From a virus (Duplodnaviria; Caudoviricetes): a stretch of DNA of 61,452 bases. This document shows, in pieces, positions 45,353 through 55,185 of this stretch; position 1 is the first letter of the stretch, and every line of letters starts with the position of its first letter. Location: positions 1 through 61,452 of the IMG/VR virus record IMGVR_UViG_3300045996_001309; one strand, given 5' to 3'. Under the pieces are notes generated by a model. It ran no database searches. It worked only from the letters and a program-made list of their open reading frames with translations, and had not been told where the DNA came from. Made by a program: the position numbers and the translations under genes.

Positions 45353-46228
45353 CTACAAATTCAAATTTACACCGGAATCATTGCGCCACTCCCACGCGGG
45401 GGCTTTGATCTTAGTTTTTCTATAAGCCTGCCACCCGGACTGACAAAACTTGTACCACGCGTCTCTGGCAGAAGGGGCGGCTATGATAATATTGGACGAT
45501 AGCATGGGAAGCCAATATTCTCCATATACAGGAATCTCAACGCCAGAGCGTCTGTCCGCTTTTCCTGGTCTTCCAACCACTACTGTCTTCCCAATACCCG
45601 ATGCATATCCCATTTCCCATAATGTCCCGGCCGGCACTGTATCGATATCTGGGAGCCAAGAAAAAATGATATCAGATTTTCTAATAGCGGCCTTACAGGC
45701 GTCAATAAGATTATCAAAATTACAGCACGCGCAGGCAATGCCCTCACCATGAGATGCTAATCCGTGCGCGTTTGCAGACGTGTCAACTCGCCACGGTCCC
45801 GTAACGTCAAATCCATATATTAAGCCGCGCTTAACGCGCACAAAATCATAAGTCGAATCAGTGAATCTTTTACTCCAGTCTTTCACTTCCGCGTCAGCGT
45901 GATCTTGGATCAAGCTGTCTCTCCAAGGAAGCGTGAACGTGCCGGCAAGATAAACCCCAACGCCGTCAGTAAGCGGGTCAACATTGCTCTTTGCGCTTAG
46001 AAACGCGTGGCACGGATCGCAGATCGCCATTAAATCGTCTAATGGTTCATGCCCCACGTTAGCGTAAGTCACATGATGAACTGCGTCCATTTTGTTAGAC
46101 CAGCAGCGTTCGCACCATCCCTTTGAGCGCTCTCGTATGGCTTCACGCCGCATAGCCCACTCTCGGGACGCGAGATATCTCTGGTAATCAGTCCGAGCCA
46201 TAGGGTTCCTTATTCTATAGCGGTTCAC
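45353..46228 (-). CDS. HNH nuclease fused to a nucleoside 2-deoxyribosyltransferase-like domain
   Basis: CERC..VHHVTY...ICDPCH, then VYLAG...SDII...GTLWEMGYA. Confidence 0.75.
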   Translation of the reverse strand: MNRYRIRNPMARTDYQRYLASREWAMRREAIRERSKGWCERCWSNKMDAVHHVTYANVGHEPLDDLMAICDPCHAFLSAKSNVDPLTDGVGVYLAGTFTLPWRDSLIQDHADAEVKDWSKRFTDSTYDFVRVKRGLIYGFDVTGPWRVDTSANAHGLASHGEGIACACCNFDNLIDACKAAIRKSDIIFSWLPDIDTVPAGTLWEMGYASGIGKTVVVGRPGKADRRSGVEIPVYGEYWLPMLSSNIIIAAPSARDAWYKFCQSGWQAYRKTKIKAPAWEWRNDSGVNLNL

Positions 46229-46434
46229 GGTGTTCCCGTTTCCCTCCGCACCGCCGGCAAATACACTCCTAGATCAGACCGCACTCCGTAGATCGTGCTC
46301 TTTGCGAGCACGACCGCCGCCTCGACACGGCATTGGACGACGCGTCCACGGCTTAGCCAATAACTCTCAATCCGCTTTGCCAGCTCTCTGTTACCGCGCT
46401 CGGTAAGATTGTTGTAGTACGAGCTTTCAAGCAT
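46225..46434 (-). CDS. Hypothetical protein
   Basis: IESYW..RG...YGVRSDL. Confidence 0.6.
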   Translation of the reverse strand: MLESSYYNNLTERGNRELAKRIESYWLSRGRVVQCRVEAAVVLAKSTIYGVRSDLGVYLPAVRRETGTP

Positions 46435-46436
46435 TG

Positions 46437-46808
46437 TTAAATACCTATTGCTTTCTTACATATTTGGAACACATTCGGCGGCTCACCCGGCAAAGAATCA
46501 TCAATCGGCGCAAGCCCAGCCTTCGTGCGGATCGCCACCTCGCGCTCGCCGCACACTTCCAGCGCCGCATACCGAATGCCGATCGGCGCATCGCGCAGCC
46601 ATTTGCGGCACTCGGCCTCTACGTATCGGACCATGCGCTCGCCGTGCTCCACGCTGGTGAAGTGGTTCAGCGTCGCGATGAAGTCGTGAACACGATCTCC
46701 GTATACCGGGTCGGCGCACAGCTTTTGGCGATCAGCGCGTTTCTGCTTCTTGTAGCTGGCAAGGAGCTGCTGGTTCTCCTTGAGTGCGTCGTCTAGTGTT
46801 GGCATCAC
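46437..46808 (-). CDS. Hypothetical protein
   Basis: R.KAGLAPIDDSLPGEP motif. Confidence 0.6.
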   Translation of the reverse strand: MMPTLDDALKENQQLLASYKKQKRADRQKLCADPVYGDRVHDFIATLNHFTSVEHGERMVRYVEAECRKWLRDAPIGIRYAALEVCGEREVAIRTKAGLAPIDDSLPGEPPNVFQICKKAIGI

Positions 46809-46999
46809 GCAATTCTCCGATTACGGACGCGCGGCAGATCACGTTCGACCATCCGCTCGATCATGGCGCGCCGTATTGGACTCCAGCCGAGTGTGCTGTG
46901 CAGTTCGATAGCTATCGCCTCCATGCGCTTGCGCAGCTCAGGCTGTCCGCGCCAGTAGTCGAGCGTGGCGTCGATGTCGGCGAGATCGTCGGCGGTCAT
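46805..46999 (-). CDS. Hypothetical protein
   Basis: GGAGG RBS, starting MTADD. Confidence 0.5.
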   Translation of the reverse strand: MTADDLADIDATLDYWRGQPELRKRMEAIAIELHSTLGWSPIRRAMIERMVERDLPRVRNRRIA

Positions 47000-47193
47000 C
47001 ACCGCCTCCACATCACCAAACCGCCGCCGCTGAACCCCAGCAGCACGTCGATCACCACGAGCAGCGCAATCACAACGAACACCACCTGAATGATCGTCGG
47101 GAACGGGTGCGGCAATGGCAGGAGCGTTAACACCCACCACAGCACGCCTAGGATCAGGAAGATAATGATGAGGCTGATAAGCAGGCTGATCAT
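46999..47193 (-). CDS. Small two-TM membrane protein (Thivi_2564-like)
   Basis: MISLLISLIIIFLILGVLWW...PLPHPF..I. Confidence 0.7.
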   Translation of the reverse strand: MISLLISLIIIFLILGVLWWVLTLLPLPHPFPTIIQVVFVVIALLVVIDVLLGFSGGGLVMWRR

Positions 47194-47350
47194 GGCGCAT
47201 CCCCTCGCTCGCGCGGTCGAAACATCGGCGGCAGCTTCTTGCCCGCGCGCAATTCCTCGCGACACAGCGCGATGTACTCGTAGTAGACATTATGTGAATC
47301 TAGTTCGTCCCAATTATCTGGAATTGGCACATTTGCATGACTTGATGTCG

Positions 47351-48112
47351 TCATAGAAGTATCCCCTGCCCAGTGACGGGGTGGAAACGGCGATGTTGTT
47401 TGCGAGCGTTACAAGAGCGACACGCAGCAACGATGTTATCGATTGCGTGCGCCCCGCCACCAGCAAGAGGTATAACGTGGTCGAGCGTTGGCTTATTAGT
47501 TTTCGACCAGGGTTTTTTGCACCAATGACAACACGGAGAATTGGCAAAAAGGAACTTTGTCTCCGATAACGTCAGCTCATTGCGTGGCGCTGAGTTTTTT
47601 CGAGCGCGGTAACGCCTAACACACGCTCTCCCCATCTCTGGGTGTGCTTTAGCATATTCCCTTACGTACTCTATCACTTTCATAGAATTTTGCTTATAGT
47701 ATAACTTGGATACAGCAATTAGCTCTTCTCTATTTAATAAATAATATTCTTTGCTATAAGCACGTATTTTCTCTGGATTTGCTTCCCGATAGGTACGTTG
47801 ATAAGCTAGCAAGTTATCTTTATTATCCTCGTAATATAGTTTTTGCTGACCCCTCACCACGGCACGGTTAGCTAGGTAATATTCCTTTCTCCTAGCACTT
47901 ATTTTCTCACGGTTAGCATTGCGATATTCTTTTTCCTGAGCAAGTATTTTTTCTCGATTTGACTCGTAACGTGCTTTTTCTACTGCGCGTTTTTTGTCTC
48001 TATTGGCAGCATAATATGCTTTGTCTCTGGCACGTTTTGTCTGCTTCCGCAGATCATCCCGCGCGCTCCAATCGTCGCGTAGCGGCACAGTGGCATCGCG
48101 ATGCTCGGTCAT
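47351..48112 (-). CDS. HNH endonuclease with helical Y..NRE repeats
   Basis: CHWC...TLDHVIPLAGGGAH..NIVAACRSCN. Low GC. Confidence 0.9.
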   Translation of the reverse strand: MTEHRDATVPLRDDWSARDDLRKQTKRARDKAYYAANRDKKRAVEKARYESNREKILAQEKEYRNANREKISARRKEYYLANRAVVRGQQKLYYEDNKDNLLAYQRTYREANPEKIRAYSKEYYLLNREELIAVSKLYYKQNSMKVIEYVREYAKAHPEMGRACVRRYRARKNSAPRNELTLSETKFLFANSPCCHWCKKPWSKTNKPTLDHVIPLAGGGAHAIDNIVAACRSCNARKQHRRFHPVTGQGILL

Positions 48113-48381
48113 TGTACATTCGCCTTCTGCGCATCCAGCTCGCCAAGCCGGGCATAGCCGCCGATATCTCGAAAATGATCCGGCGAGCCGCCGCAGCCGG
48201 CGGCAACAATGCGGCCGATCTTTCCGGCGATATGGTCTAGCGCCTCGCGCTGCGTGAAGGACAACTCAGCCCATTCTGAACTTTCGCGCATCGCGTAGCG
48301 GATCACTTGCGCCACACGCGCATTGACCCTGAAATCGCCATGTGTCTTCTGGCGCTCGGCTATTAGATCGTCGGGTGTCAT
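48109..48381 (-). CDS. DUF6378-like protein
   Basis: ERQKTHGDF...KIGRI...DHFRDIGGYA. Confidence 0.75.
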   Translation of the reverse strand: MTPDDLIAERQKTHGDFRVNARVAQVIRYAMRESSEWAELSFTQREALDHIAGKIGRIVAAGCGGSPDHFRDIGGYARLGELDAQKANVQ

Positions 48382-48884
48382 TCAGCACCTTCGTTGGAAG
48401 CGGCGGCGAGCGCCTTCAGCGCCCCGCGCCGTATCGCCTGGGTTGACGGCGACTCGTCAGAAACTTTTTTGATCGGCACATGATGCCGGCTTAGCACGGC
48501 AAGAAACTCATCGAGCGTTTCGACAATCTCGACATAGCCACCGGCTAGTCTCAGTCGCTCATGGACCGCAAGCTGTCGGCGCTCATGCTCTGTATAATTG
48601 CCGGTGCGTGCTTTCCTGGCCTTCCAGCCGAGCGGCTTGATTTCGAGGTAAATAGGGGTTCCGTAGGCGAGGACATGCCAATCGGTCATGCCGCCAAGGA
48701 CGCCCATGTTCGCTCCTTTTATCCGAGCTGCGGCGCTCGCCTGCTCGTTTCTCACATGAATCGGCACGACACCTTTGCCGAATCCGAACTTGTGCTCGTA
48801 GTCGGCGATCTGCCGATGTATCTGGGTTTCGGTCGGTGCCGGAGCTTTGCGCGTCCTAGCCTTCCGCGTCCTCGCTACCACCAT
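48378..48884 (-). CDS. VRR-NUC-like nuclease (resolvase candidate)
   Basis: TETQIH, HVRNE, GV..GMTD and YLEIK motifs. Confidence 0.75.
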   Translation of the reverse strand: MVVARTRKARTRKAPAPTETQIHRQIADYEHKFGFGKGVVPIHVRNEQASAAARIKGANMGVLGGMTDWHVLAYGTPIYLEIKPLGWKARKARTGNYTEHERRQLAVHERLRLAGGYVEIVETLDEFLAVLSRHHVPIKKVSDESPSTQAIRRGALKALAAASNEGAE

Positions 48885-49420
48885 CCGGCAACCCGCGTCT
48901 CAACGTGAGTAGCCGGCCTGAACACGCGCCCCAGATTGTCACCGGGGTCGATGTCATAATCTGCGTAGGACGCACCGTTGAGCGTAAACTTCGGGCCCGC
49001 CTTACGCGCGGCCCGTTTTTGGGCCAGTGCTGCACTGGCCTTCTCTATCGACGAGCTTGCGCGCTTGCGTGCGCAAGCTTCGGAACAGCAGCGGCGTTGC
49101 CACCAACTGTTTCTTGGCTCCCCCTCTCGTTGCGGTACTAGCCCTCCGCAACTCGTGCAGGGCTCGTGCTCTCGCGCCTTGCTCTCGGCGTTCCGGGTAT
49201 TGCAGGACGCGATATATCGACCCAAACATTCCTTGGAGCAGCACTTACGCCGTAGCCAATAGTAGGCCCCCTCACCGGGGTTCCTGGGTACAGGATTGGG
49301 GCATCCCGTGTTAGCGCAGGGCGGGTGCGTGACCTGCTCGCGCTCGCGATTGATGCCTGTCAGGCTCTCAATGGCGCGCGATATATTCGGATTGTAGAGC
49401 GGGCTGCCAGCGGCGCTCAT
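48875..49420 (-). CDS. Double Zn-finger protein
   Basis: Two C..C...R.GE...W..R.CCS..C units. Confidence 0.6.
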   Translation of the reverse strand: MSAAGSPLYNPNISRAIESLTGINREREQVTHPPCANTGCPNPVPRNPGEGAYYWLRRKCCSKECLGRYIASCNTRNAESKAREHEPCTSCGGLVPQREGEPRNSWWQRRCCSEACARKRASSSIEKASAALAQKRAARKAGPKFTLNGASYADYDIDPGDNLGRVFRPATHVETRVAGWW

Positions 49421-49590
49421 CTCTCGGCCCCCACCATAATCAGCGCGTGCAGCCTGTCGTGACACGGCCTGGAGCAGGTTTTCCGATCCTGCCACCGAGA
49501 TGGTTTTTCGTTATCCCGCTTGACGACCGGAGCATCGCAGACAGGGCATAAGGGGTGCTCGGGTGAAGGCGCCTGTGGCGCGGCAATCAT
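49417..49590 (-). CDS. Small Zn-finger protein
   Basis: CPVC...R.NE...W..RKTCS..C. Confidence 0.55.
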   Translation of the reverse strand: MIAAPQAPSPEHPLCPVCDAPVVKRDNEKPSRWQDRKTCSRPCHDRLHALIMVGAER

Positions 49591-49866
49591 GTCAGCCACA
49601 GCACCACACTCACGATGCCGGCCCATATCACCGCCGACAGAGCGATGCCTGCTGCAAGGCCGCTAACGACTAAGTGCGTCTCATACGCATTACCGATCAT
49701 CATGCGACGTGCTCCACCGGGGTAGGTTGCTTTGCGTTTTCGGCGGCCAGGGCGGCGCCCATGACTTCCGCCATCGTCCTGTGCTCGCGGAAAGCCCAAC
49801 TTTCACCCGGCGGCACGTCGCGAGCGGCTTGCGGGTGCGTCTGCGTGAGCTGCGCTGGCTGGGCGG

Positions 49867-50106
49867 TCATGAGCCTTGCTCAGCCAGATATTGCAGCGCT
49901 TGTTCTCGCATCTCCTCCCAGTCGTCTGAGAGATGCGCGGATGGCGGCCAGTACGCCGCAGCATGGATCGGGCAGCCGCTCGTTTCGACACGCCCGCCGT
50001 CATCGGACGGTCGGCACACGCAGCTAAGCTGCCGCCTAGTCTCCTCGCGAAGCTCGGCTAGCCGGCGGCTGATGGTTTCGGCGTCATCGGCAGCTCTCGT
50101 GCTCAT
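49867..50106 (-). CDS. Hypothetical protein
   Basis: RAADD.ETI.RRL.EL and C.C...CPIH. Confidence 0.5.
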   Translation of the reverse strand: MSTRAADDAETISRRLAELREETRRQLSCVCRPSDDGGRVETSGCPIHAAAYWPPSAHLSDDWEEMREQALQYLAEQGS

Positions 50107-50179
50107 GCGTCACACTTTGTACGGTTTCGTACCAACTGGAAAAGATGGACGTTTTTAGATTTTAGGTATTGATACAACC

Positions 50180-50194
50180 GACGCTTTTCGCGTA
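50180..50194. promoter_or_regulatory. Operator-like site downstream of cro
   Basis: GACGC-TTTTC-GCGTA. Confidence 0.6.
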
Positions 50195-50225
50195 TGCTCT
50201 CGGTCATGGTCCCACTCATTATTTT

Positions 50226-50465
50226 TCAGACCGCCGTGGCGGCACGCCTGACGCAATGCGGCACGCCGTCGAGGGTCTCGATAAATTCCCGGTGCTCCAG
50301 CGGCGGCGTAAGGTTTTGCCCTGCGCGGAAAATCTCAGCGAGTCTGCGCCCCGGCACGGTCCCGCGAGACCGCCAGCCGCCGACCACACTTGGCGTGATT
50401 GCGAGCGGCCGAGCCAGAGCGGCGATGCCGCCAAATCGACCGATGAGGTACTCTGCTTGCGTCAT
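50226..50465 (-). CDS. cro: Cro-like regulator
   Basis: FGGIAALAR.L....SVVGGW..RG.VP, divergent from cI. Confidence 0.85.
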   Translation of the reverse strand: MTQAEYLIGRFGGIAALARPLAITPSVVGGWRSRGTVPGRRLAEIFRAGQNLTPPLEHREFIETLDGVPHCVRRAATAV

Positions 50466-50471
50466 GCGCGT

Positions 50472-50501
50472 AATCTATACGCAAAACGCGTAGGCAGTCA
50501 A
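50472..50501 (-). promoter_or_regulatory. PR-like promoter with operator TACGC-N5-GCGTA in the spacer
   Basis: TTGACT-N18-TAGATT on the minus strand. Operator at 50478-50492. Confidence 0.75.
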
Positions 50502-50502
50502 C

Positions 50503-51255
50503 GTGGAAAACGTCTATTTTTTGGAGAATTTTACAGCCAACGACAGAATTTCAGAAGGCGGGCTTGATTTGAGCGCTGGTGAGCGGCTGCGCGAGATGGT
50601 GCGCCGCGCTGGATTGACTTATGAGGATTTTGCGCACGCTATAGGCAGGCGCGGCGGGTCGAGTGTGCAGCGCTACATGGCCCCGGAGCGCAACAGCATC
50701 CCTATAGAGATGGTCGAGAGAATCGCATCGGCTTTGGTCGGCCGGGGGCGGCCTGCCATAACTCGCGAGGAGGTATTCGCACTAACTAATTTGCAAATCT
50801 ACATATCCGGTAGGGCAAAAATGCCGGAAAGTCCAGAAATCGAAGTTGCTGGACAGCGTAGATCCATTTACTCTGAACGTGATTTGCCGGTTTGCGGGCA
50901 GCCTTCGGGGCGAGGCGATGAGTACGTGTTTACAGAAGCGCTTTCCTTGGTCCCCAGGCCAGCCGATCTCGTGAGTGTTCGCGACGCCTACGCTGTCTAT
51001 TGCCACGCCGACACAATGGCGCCGCGCTATCGCCCTGGCGAACTCCTTTATATAGACCCGGTTCGCCCGGTCGCGCCCGGCGACGACGTGATCGTGCAGC
51101 TTGCGGACGGCACCGGATTCGTCCGCGAGCTTGTCCGCCAGACAGCGCGTACGGTGGTCTGCCGGCAGCACAATCCGCCGCAGGAGCACACCTACCCGAT
51201 CACGCGTGTGCGCTCGGTACACCTTATAATAATGGCAACCCGCGTCCGCGTCTAA
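50503..51255 (+). CDS. cI: CI-like repressor (XRE HTH + S24 peptidase)
   Basis: N-terminal HTH and a YAVY..ADTMAPRYRPGELLYIDP S24-like domain. Confidence 0.9.
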   Translation: MENVYFLENFTANDRISEGGLDLSAGERLREMVRRAGLTYEDFAHAIGRRGGSSVQRYMAPERNSIPIEMVERIASALVGRGRPAITREEVFALTNLQIYISGRAKMPESPEIEVAGQRRSIYSERDLPVCGQPSGRGDEYVFTEALSLVPRPADLVSVRDAYAVYCHADTMAPRYRPGELLYIDPVRPVAPGDDVIVQLADGTGFVRELVRQTARTVVCRQHNPPQEHTYPITRVRSVHLIIMATRVRV

Positions 51256-51261
51256 GCGCGT

Positions 51262-51323
51262 AGGGAAAAACGCGTATGCCATACGCATTTCGCGTTGACG
51301 CGGAAAGCGTAGGCGCGTAGTCT
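51262..51323 (+). promoter_or_regulatory. PL-like promoter with tandem operators
   Basis: TTGACG(51295)-N17-TAGTCT. Operators at 51282-51296 and 51297-51311, plus a half site ending at 51276. Confidence 0.78.
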
Positions 51324-51359
51324 CGCCCCGTAGCCAAGCTCATTGGCAGGGAGAGAGAC

Positions 51360-51530
51360 ATGACCGACACCGCACCACCACCCACCCCGGCAACCGCGCT
51401 GGCTGACGCGCGGCGGGCGGTCGCCAACATCCGAGCCGCACTGCTTTGCGGCCAAAACAGAGTCATCGGCGAGCAGATCAACCGCGTTGATGCGGCGCTG
51501 ACCGCGCTGGAGCGGGAGCGGGGATTATGA
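51360..51530 (+). CDS. Hypothetical protein (first gene of the PL operon)
   Basis: GGGAG RBS, MTDTAPPP..., 56 aa. Not in the ORF track. Confidence 0.55.
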   Translation: MTDTAPPPTPATALADARRAVANIRAALLCGQNRVIGEQINRVDAALTALERERGL

Positions 51531-51753
51531 GCGCGTTACGCAAGGTGACGTGGCTCTGCGCGGTGATATCGCCGATGCTGACGACGGATATCGTTACACC
51601 GTATCGATACGCCCCCGTAATGGGTGTCACGAATAGCACCGCTGGTCGGTTTGCGTTCGCTGCGCCTCCTGATTGCTGCTCGCCAGCGCCACCGCAGCCC
51701 GGCACCGAGGCGCCGCCGGAAAAGCCTGCTCCCGATCCCGTGAAGGTGCCGCA

Positions 51754-52401
51754 ATGACCGAGAAGATTAACGCCTTTTGGTTCGCTTCCAGCGACAGGCT
51801 CCCGCATGGTGACAGCCGCGAAATTGCCATCGGCAAAAGACACTCATTGCGCGGCGAGATAATAATATGTGAGCACGCGCTCCATGCCTCGCGTGATCCG
51901 TTTGATGCGCTTTCCTATTCGTCTGGGCCGTACCTGTACAAGGTACGGTGTTGGGGTGATGTTGTAGAACAAATCGACAAGCTCGGTGCGCGGAATCGTG
52001 AATATGTAGCGATGATGGACGCAACGAATATGCTTTTGCAGTTTGCACGAGAGCAAGCATTATCAGTTGTCCATCTCTGGGATGCACCAGAAATAGTAAA
52101 AGCATACTTGGAAACAGGCAACGAAGATATTAAGGAAGCCGCCATGGGCGCCGCCGTGGGCGCCACCAGGGAAACGCCCACGGAAGCGTCCACGGCAGCA
52201 TCCACGGCAGCGGCCTGGGCGGCTTCCAGGGCAACATCCGTGACAGCGGCCTGGGAAGCATGCTGGGCAGCATCCAAGGCAACGGCCTGGGCAGCATCTA
52301 GGGCAATGGTCTGGGAAACGGCCTGGGAAACGGCCAGGGAAACGGCCAGAAATAAATTTAACGAGCTAACAGCGGCGCTGTTTACGAAGACGCCGCAATG
52401 A
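51754..52401 (+). CDS. Hypothetical protein with AAW(A/E)A repeats
   Basis: ICEHALHAS..P.DAL.Y N-terminal domain followed by Ala/Trp repeats. Confidence 0.7.
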   Translation: MTEKINAFWFASSDRLPHGDSREIAIGKRHSLRGEIIICEHALHASRDPFDALSYSSGPYLYKVRCWGDVVEQIDKLGARNREYVAMMDATNMLLQFAREQALSVVHLWDAPEIVKAYLETGNEDIKEAAMGAAVGATRETPTEASTAASTAAAWAASRATSVTAAWEACWAASKATAWAASRAMVWETAWETARETARNKFNELTAALFTKTPQ

Positions 52402-52601
52402 CCGTTCCCGATTTCCTCGTCTTAGCTTACTCCGCGCAGCTAATCGAGCGCGGTATGGCTGGTGTCGCTGGTCTCCTTGAAGGTGCAACTCACTGCCACC
52501 TGCCCACCAGCCAGCGCGGCGCACTCGCTGATGCGCGGGCGCAGGCGATCGTGCAGCGGGACAGGATCAATTTGTTAATTGTCGAATTGGGAGGTGAGTG
52601 A
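52398..52601 (+). CDS. Hypothetical protein
   Basis: ATGA coupling. Confidence 0.5.
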   Translation: MTVPDFLVLAYSAQLIERGMAGVAGLLEGATHCHLPTSQRGALADARAQAIVQRDRINLLIVELGGE

Positions 52602-52788
52602 TGGCTCCTACCAACACTGCCGCTCTTCCCGATGACGAAAGCGAACTCTGTGCTCTGCGTGACTGGCACCTAAAACAACTCGAAGCGATCGAGGCTGCGT
52701 TAGACGAGATCGAGGCCGCCTCCTCGTTCGCCGAGAGGCGGGAATTATGGCGAGATTATCATCAATCGGTTTTGTAGGGAGGTGATGC

Positions 52789-53115
52789 ATGCCCCGCTAC
52801 TTCATGCGGATCACGACTGATGGCGTCGAGATATACGACTCGGCAACTGGGGATGCTAATGACGCCGAAATTGCCGTTGGCCCCAATGGAAAGCTGGAGC
52901 GCATGTCATGGGACAGGGCAAACCAGATTGTGTATGAAATGAACCGCGCAGAACATGAGAAGAACAACTTCTCGTTCCTCAGCCCCGCGCCGCCAACCCC
53001 ATGCCCGGATTGCGTGCGATATCGCGCTGCGCTGAACGCGGTTCTCTGCGAGCCGGATGCCGGACGCGTCCGGTTTATTATTAATGACGCGCTGGATGCG
53101 CCAGGAGGTGGGTAA
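52789..53115 (+). CDS. Hypothetical protein
   Basis: GGAGGT RBS. Confidence 0.6.
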   Translation: MPRYFMRITTDGVEIYDSATGDANDAEIAVGPNGKLERMSWDRANQIVYEMNRAEHEKNNFSFLSPAPPTPCPDCVRYRAALNAVLCEPDAGRVRFIINDALDAPGGG

Positions 53116-53315
53116 TGGATGAAAAGAACATCCAAATAGGCGCGGCTATCATTGAGCGCATCGGTTGGGAAAAAGACATGCGAGAAGATGCGGCGCCAGA
53201 TACGCCGGAAAGGTTTACCGCAACTCTCATTTTTCCGAACGGTCCACCTGATCTGCCGTTTTCAATTATCTTTGACGCAATCCCGGTTCGCCTAGTCCCG
53301 GTTGGCGAGCCATGA
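53115..53315 (+). CDS. Hypothetical protein
   Basis: GGAGGT RBS and TAATG coupling. Confidence 0.55.
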   Translation: MDEKNIQIGAAIIERIGWEKDMREDAAPDTPERFTATLIFPNGPPDLPFSIIFDAIPVRLVPVGEP

Positions 53316-53471
53316 CCCCGATCGATCCCGCGCTGACGATTTGCGTAGCTCACGAACGCAGGCGCCATGCCCCGCTCCCGCCGATCCGTGATCTCGCTGA
53401 CGATGCGCTCGCGATCGTGCGCGCGGAGGAATCGCGGCGGGCGTCAAACGCCTCGCCACAGGAGATCAGCG

Positions 53472-53939
53472 ATGCCGTTTGACAGAGACGCGGAGCGGCT
53501 GGCGCAGATACAGCGTGTACACTCTCACCGCGTGGCCCATCCCCGCGAAGATGAGCCTGAGCTGTTTTTCCTGCTGAGGAAAATCGCCGATCGCGACACC
53601 GCACTGCGCGAGGCGCAATCGGAGAGCCGCAAGCTGCGCGACTTGCTGCAAAGTGCGGCTGACGAGCGGGATAAATGGTTTTATTTGGCGCAGCATCGCA
53701 AGGATGAACTAATAGACATTCGCGCCCGCTTGCGCAAGGAGGAAAAGCAAATGACAACATTCGGATTGGTTGATCGCACTTACGCGAGAGGCAAGGCGGA
53801 AGGCGCCGCCGCCGAGCGCGCCGCGATCGTGGCGTGGTTGCGGTATCAGGCCGAGACAGCCGATGGCTGGATACCAGACCTTGTGCGCGCAGCCGATGCC
53901 ATAGAGAACGGCGAGCACCATAAACCCGAGCCGGCTTAG
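53472..53939 (+). CDS. Hypothetical coiled-coil protein
   Basis: AGGAG RBS and an ERAAIVAWLR...ADAIENGEH tail. Confidence 0.6.
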   Translation: MPFDRDAERLAQIQRVHSHRVAHPREDEPELFFLLRKIADRDTALREAQSESRKLRDLLQSAADERDKWFYLAQHRKDELIDIRARLRKEEKQMTTFGLVDRTYARGKAEGAAAERAAIVAWLRYQAETADGWIPDLVRAADAIENGEHHKPEPA

Positions 53940-54074
53940 CGGAAGGATGGCGGCTAAGCCCTTGATGCGACTAACGCACGGGTAGAACGTATCGTGAATT
54001 GTTTTACGTGAAATCGTACAGCGTGGAACGTGTAAATTGTCCTCGCGCCGGCTGATCCAGCCGCGGCTCCCTGA

Positions 54075-54332
54075 ATGGAGACAAACATGACAGAAGACGA
54101 GTTCAACGCCGCGACGCTGCGTGTCGCCCGCGACTTCATCGATCTCTACGCCGCGTACTGCAAGAGCTACCCGAAACAGCTCGTGTTGTCAGCGATAGCT
54201 GGAGCGATTGCCTCACTCGCCGTTGCGCATGGATTCTCGCAGGAAAGCGTGGTCGCAGCGATCAACCACTGCTTTCGGGAGATCGCAGATCCGCCAGAAG
54301 CCCAGGAGGCACCAAACAGCCGGGCGCATTAG
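54075..54332 (+). CDS. Hypothetical protein
   Basis: ORF with a GGAG RBS before the second ATG. Confidence 0.55.
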   Translation: METNMTEDEFNAATLRVARDFIDLYAAYCKSYPKQLVLSAIAGAIASLAVAHGFSQESVVAAINHCFREIADPPEAQEAPNSRAH

Positions 54333-54535
54333 GTTGCTAGATACCGCTGGACCGATGACCACGACATCCGTGCGTCCTGGGCAAGCAACCGTTGGTCAAG
54401 CGCTTGCGCGCGCTCTCACCGTCGCGTCGGCAATTTTGACTACCAAGCTGTTAATATGGTTCGTATTTTACGAGCCTCCCCAACCGTGGTGGTTTGATGG
54501 GGTAGCCGGCGCTTTTATAGGCGGATACGTCTGCG

Positions 54536-55135
54536 CTAGGTGGCCGTTGCAGGCCCCCAATAGCCCGGCTCGTCCGGCTTCGGACCCCAGAAACTGATCC
54601 AGAATCGCCCACCGCTCCGCTCCCAGGCTGCGAGCCGAGCGCGCCATTGTGAGGAGTCGTCATGAAATATGTAATTTTTGTCCTCATGGCGAACGCTGGA
54701 GCCAGTCTGGTGATTCTTGTCGTGATTTTTATTTGGGCATACTACGAAATTACCAGAAATCTGGTAGGCATGATTGCGGGATATTTTATCCTGCTTGCAG
54801 TGATCTGCTTGCTTTGTTCCATCCTGTGGAACACCGGATCTCGCGGATGAAACACGCCCTGGCCAGCGCGGAACATAGGCTTCCGCAAGCTGATAGCGGT
54901 ATCGGCCGACGCCTTTACGACCCCGGTGAAACACGCCGAGATCGGCCATCGATTTCAGATAACGGCACACTGTCGCCAGCGACATGCGGGCGTCGTCTGC
55001 GAGCTGGCGCATCGACGGCCAGCACCGCCCGTCACGGTCGGCGTAGCGCGCGAGGCACATCAGGAGCCAGCGGTGTTGCGGCGTGGGAAGATCGCGGTAG
55101 GCCGCGTGCGGGACGGCGACGGTGGCGAATGGCAT
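54536..55135 (-). CDS. HTH replication initiator-like protein
   Basis: LARYAD..G.CWPSMRQLA..A.MS..TV.RYL winged HTH and a W...WGPKPDEPG C-terminus. Confidence 0.75.
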   Translation of the reverse strand: MPFATVAVPHAAYRDLPTPQHRWLLMCLARYADRDGRCWPSMRQLADDARMSLATVCRYLKSMADLGVFHRGRKGVGRYRYQLAEAYVPRWPGRVSSARSGVPQDGTKQADHCKQDKISRNHAYQISGNFVVCPNKNHDKNHQTGSSVRHEDKNYIFHDDSSQWRARLAAWERSGGRFWISFWGPKPDEPGYWGPATAT

Positions 55136-55185
55136 GCTCTATCCTTACGGGTAGGCAAAACCGTCCCTGTGGCAAGAAAAGGGGC

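Noticed and set aside
52130-52350. DNA repeat element in the AAWAA region
   Set aside because: It is explained by the low-complexity Ala/Trp coding repeats common in phage proteins.
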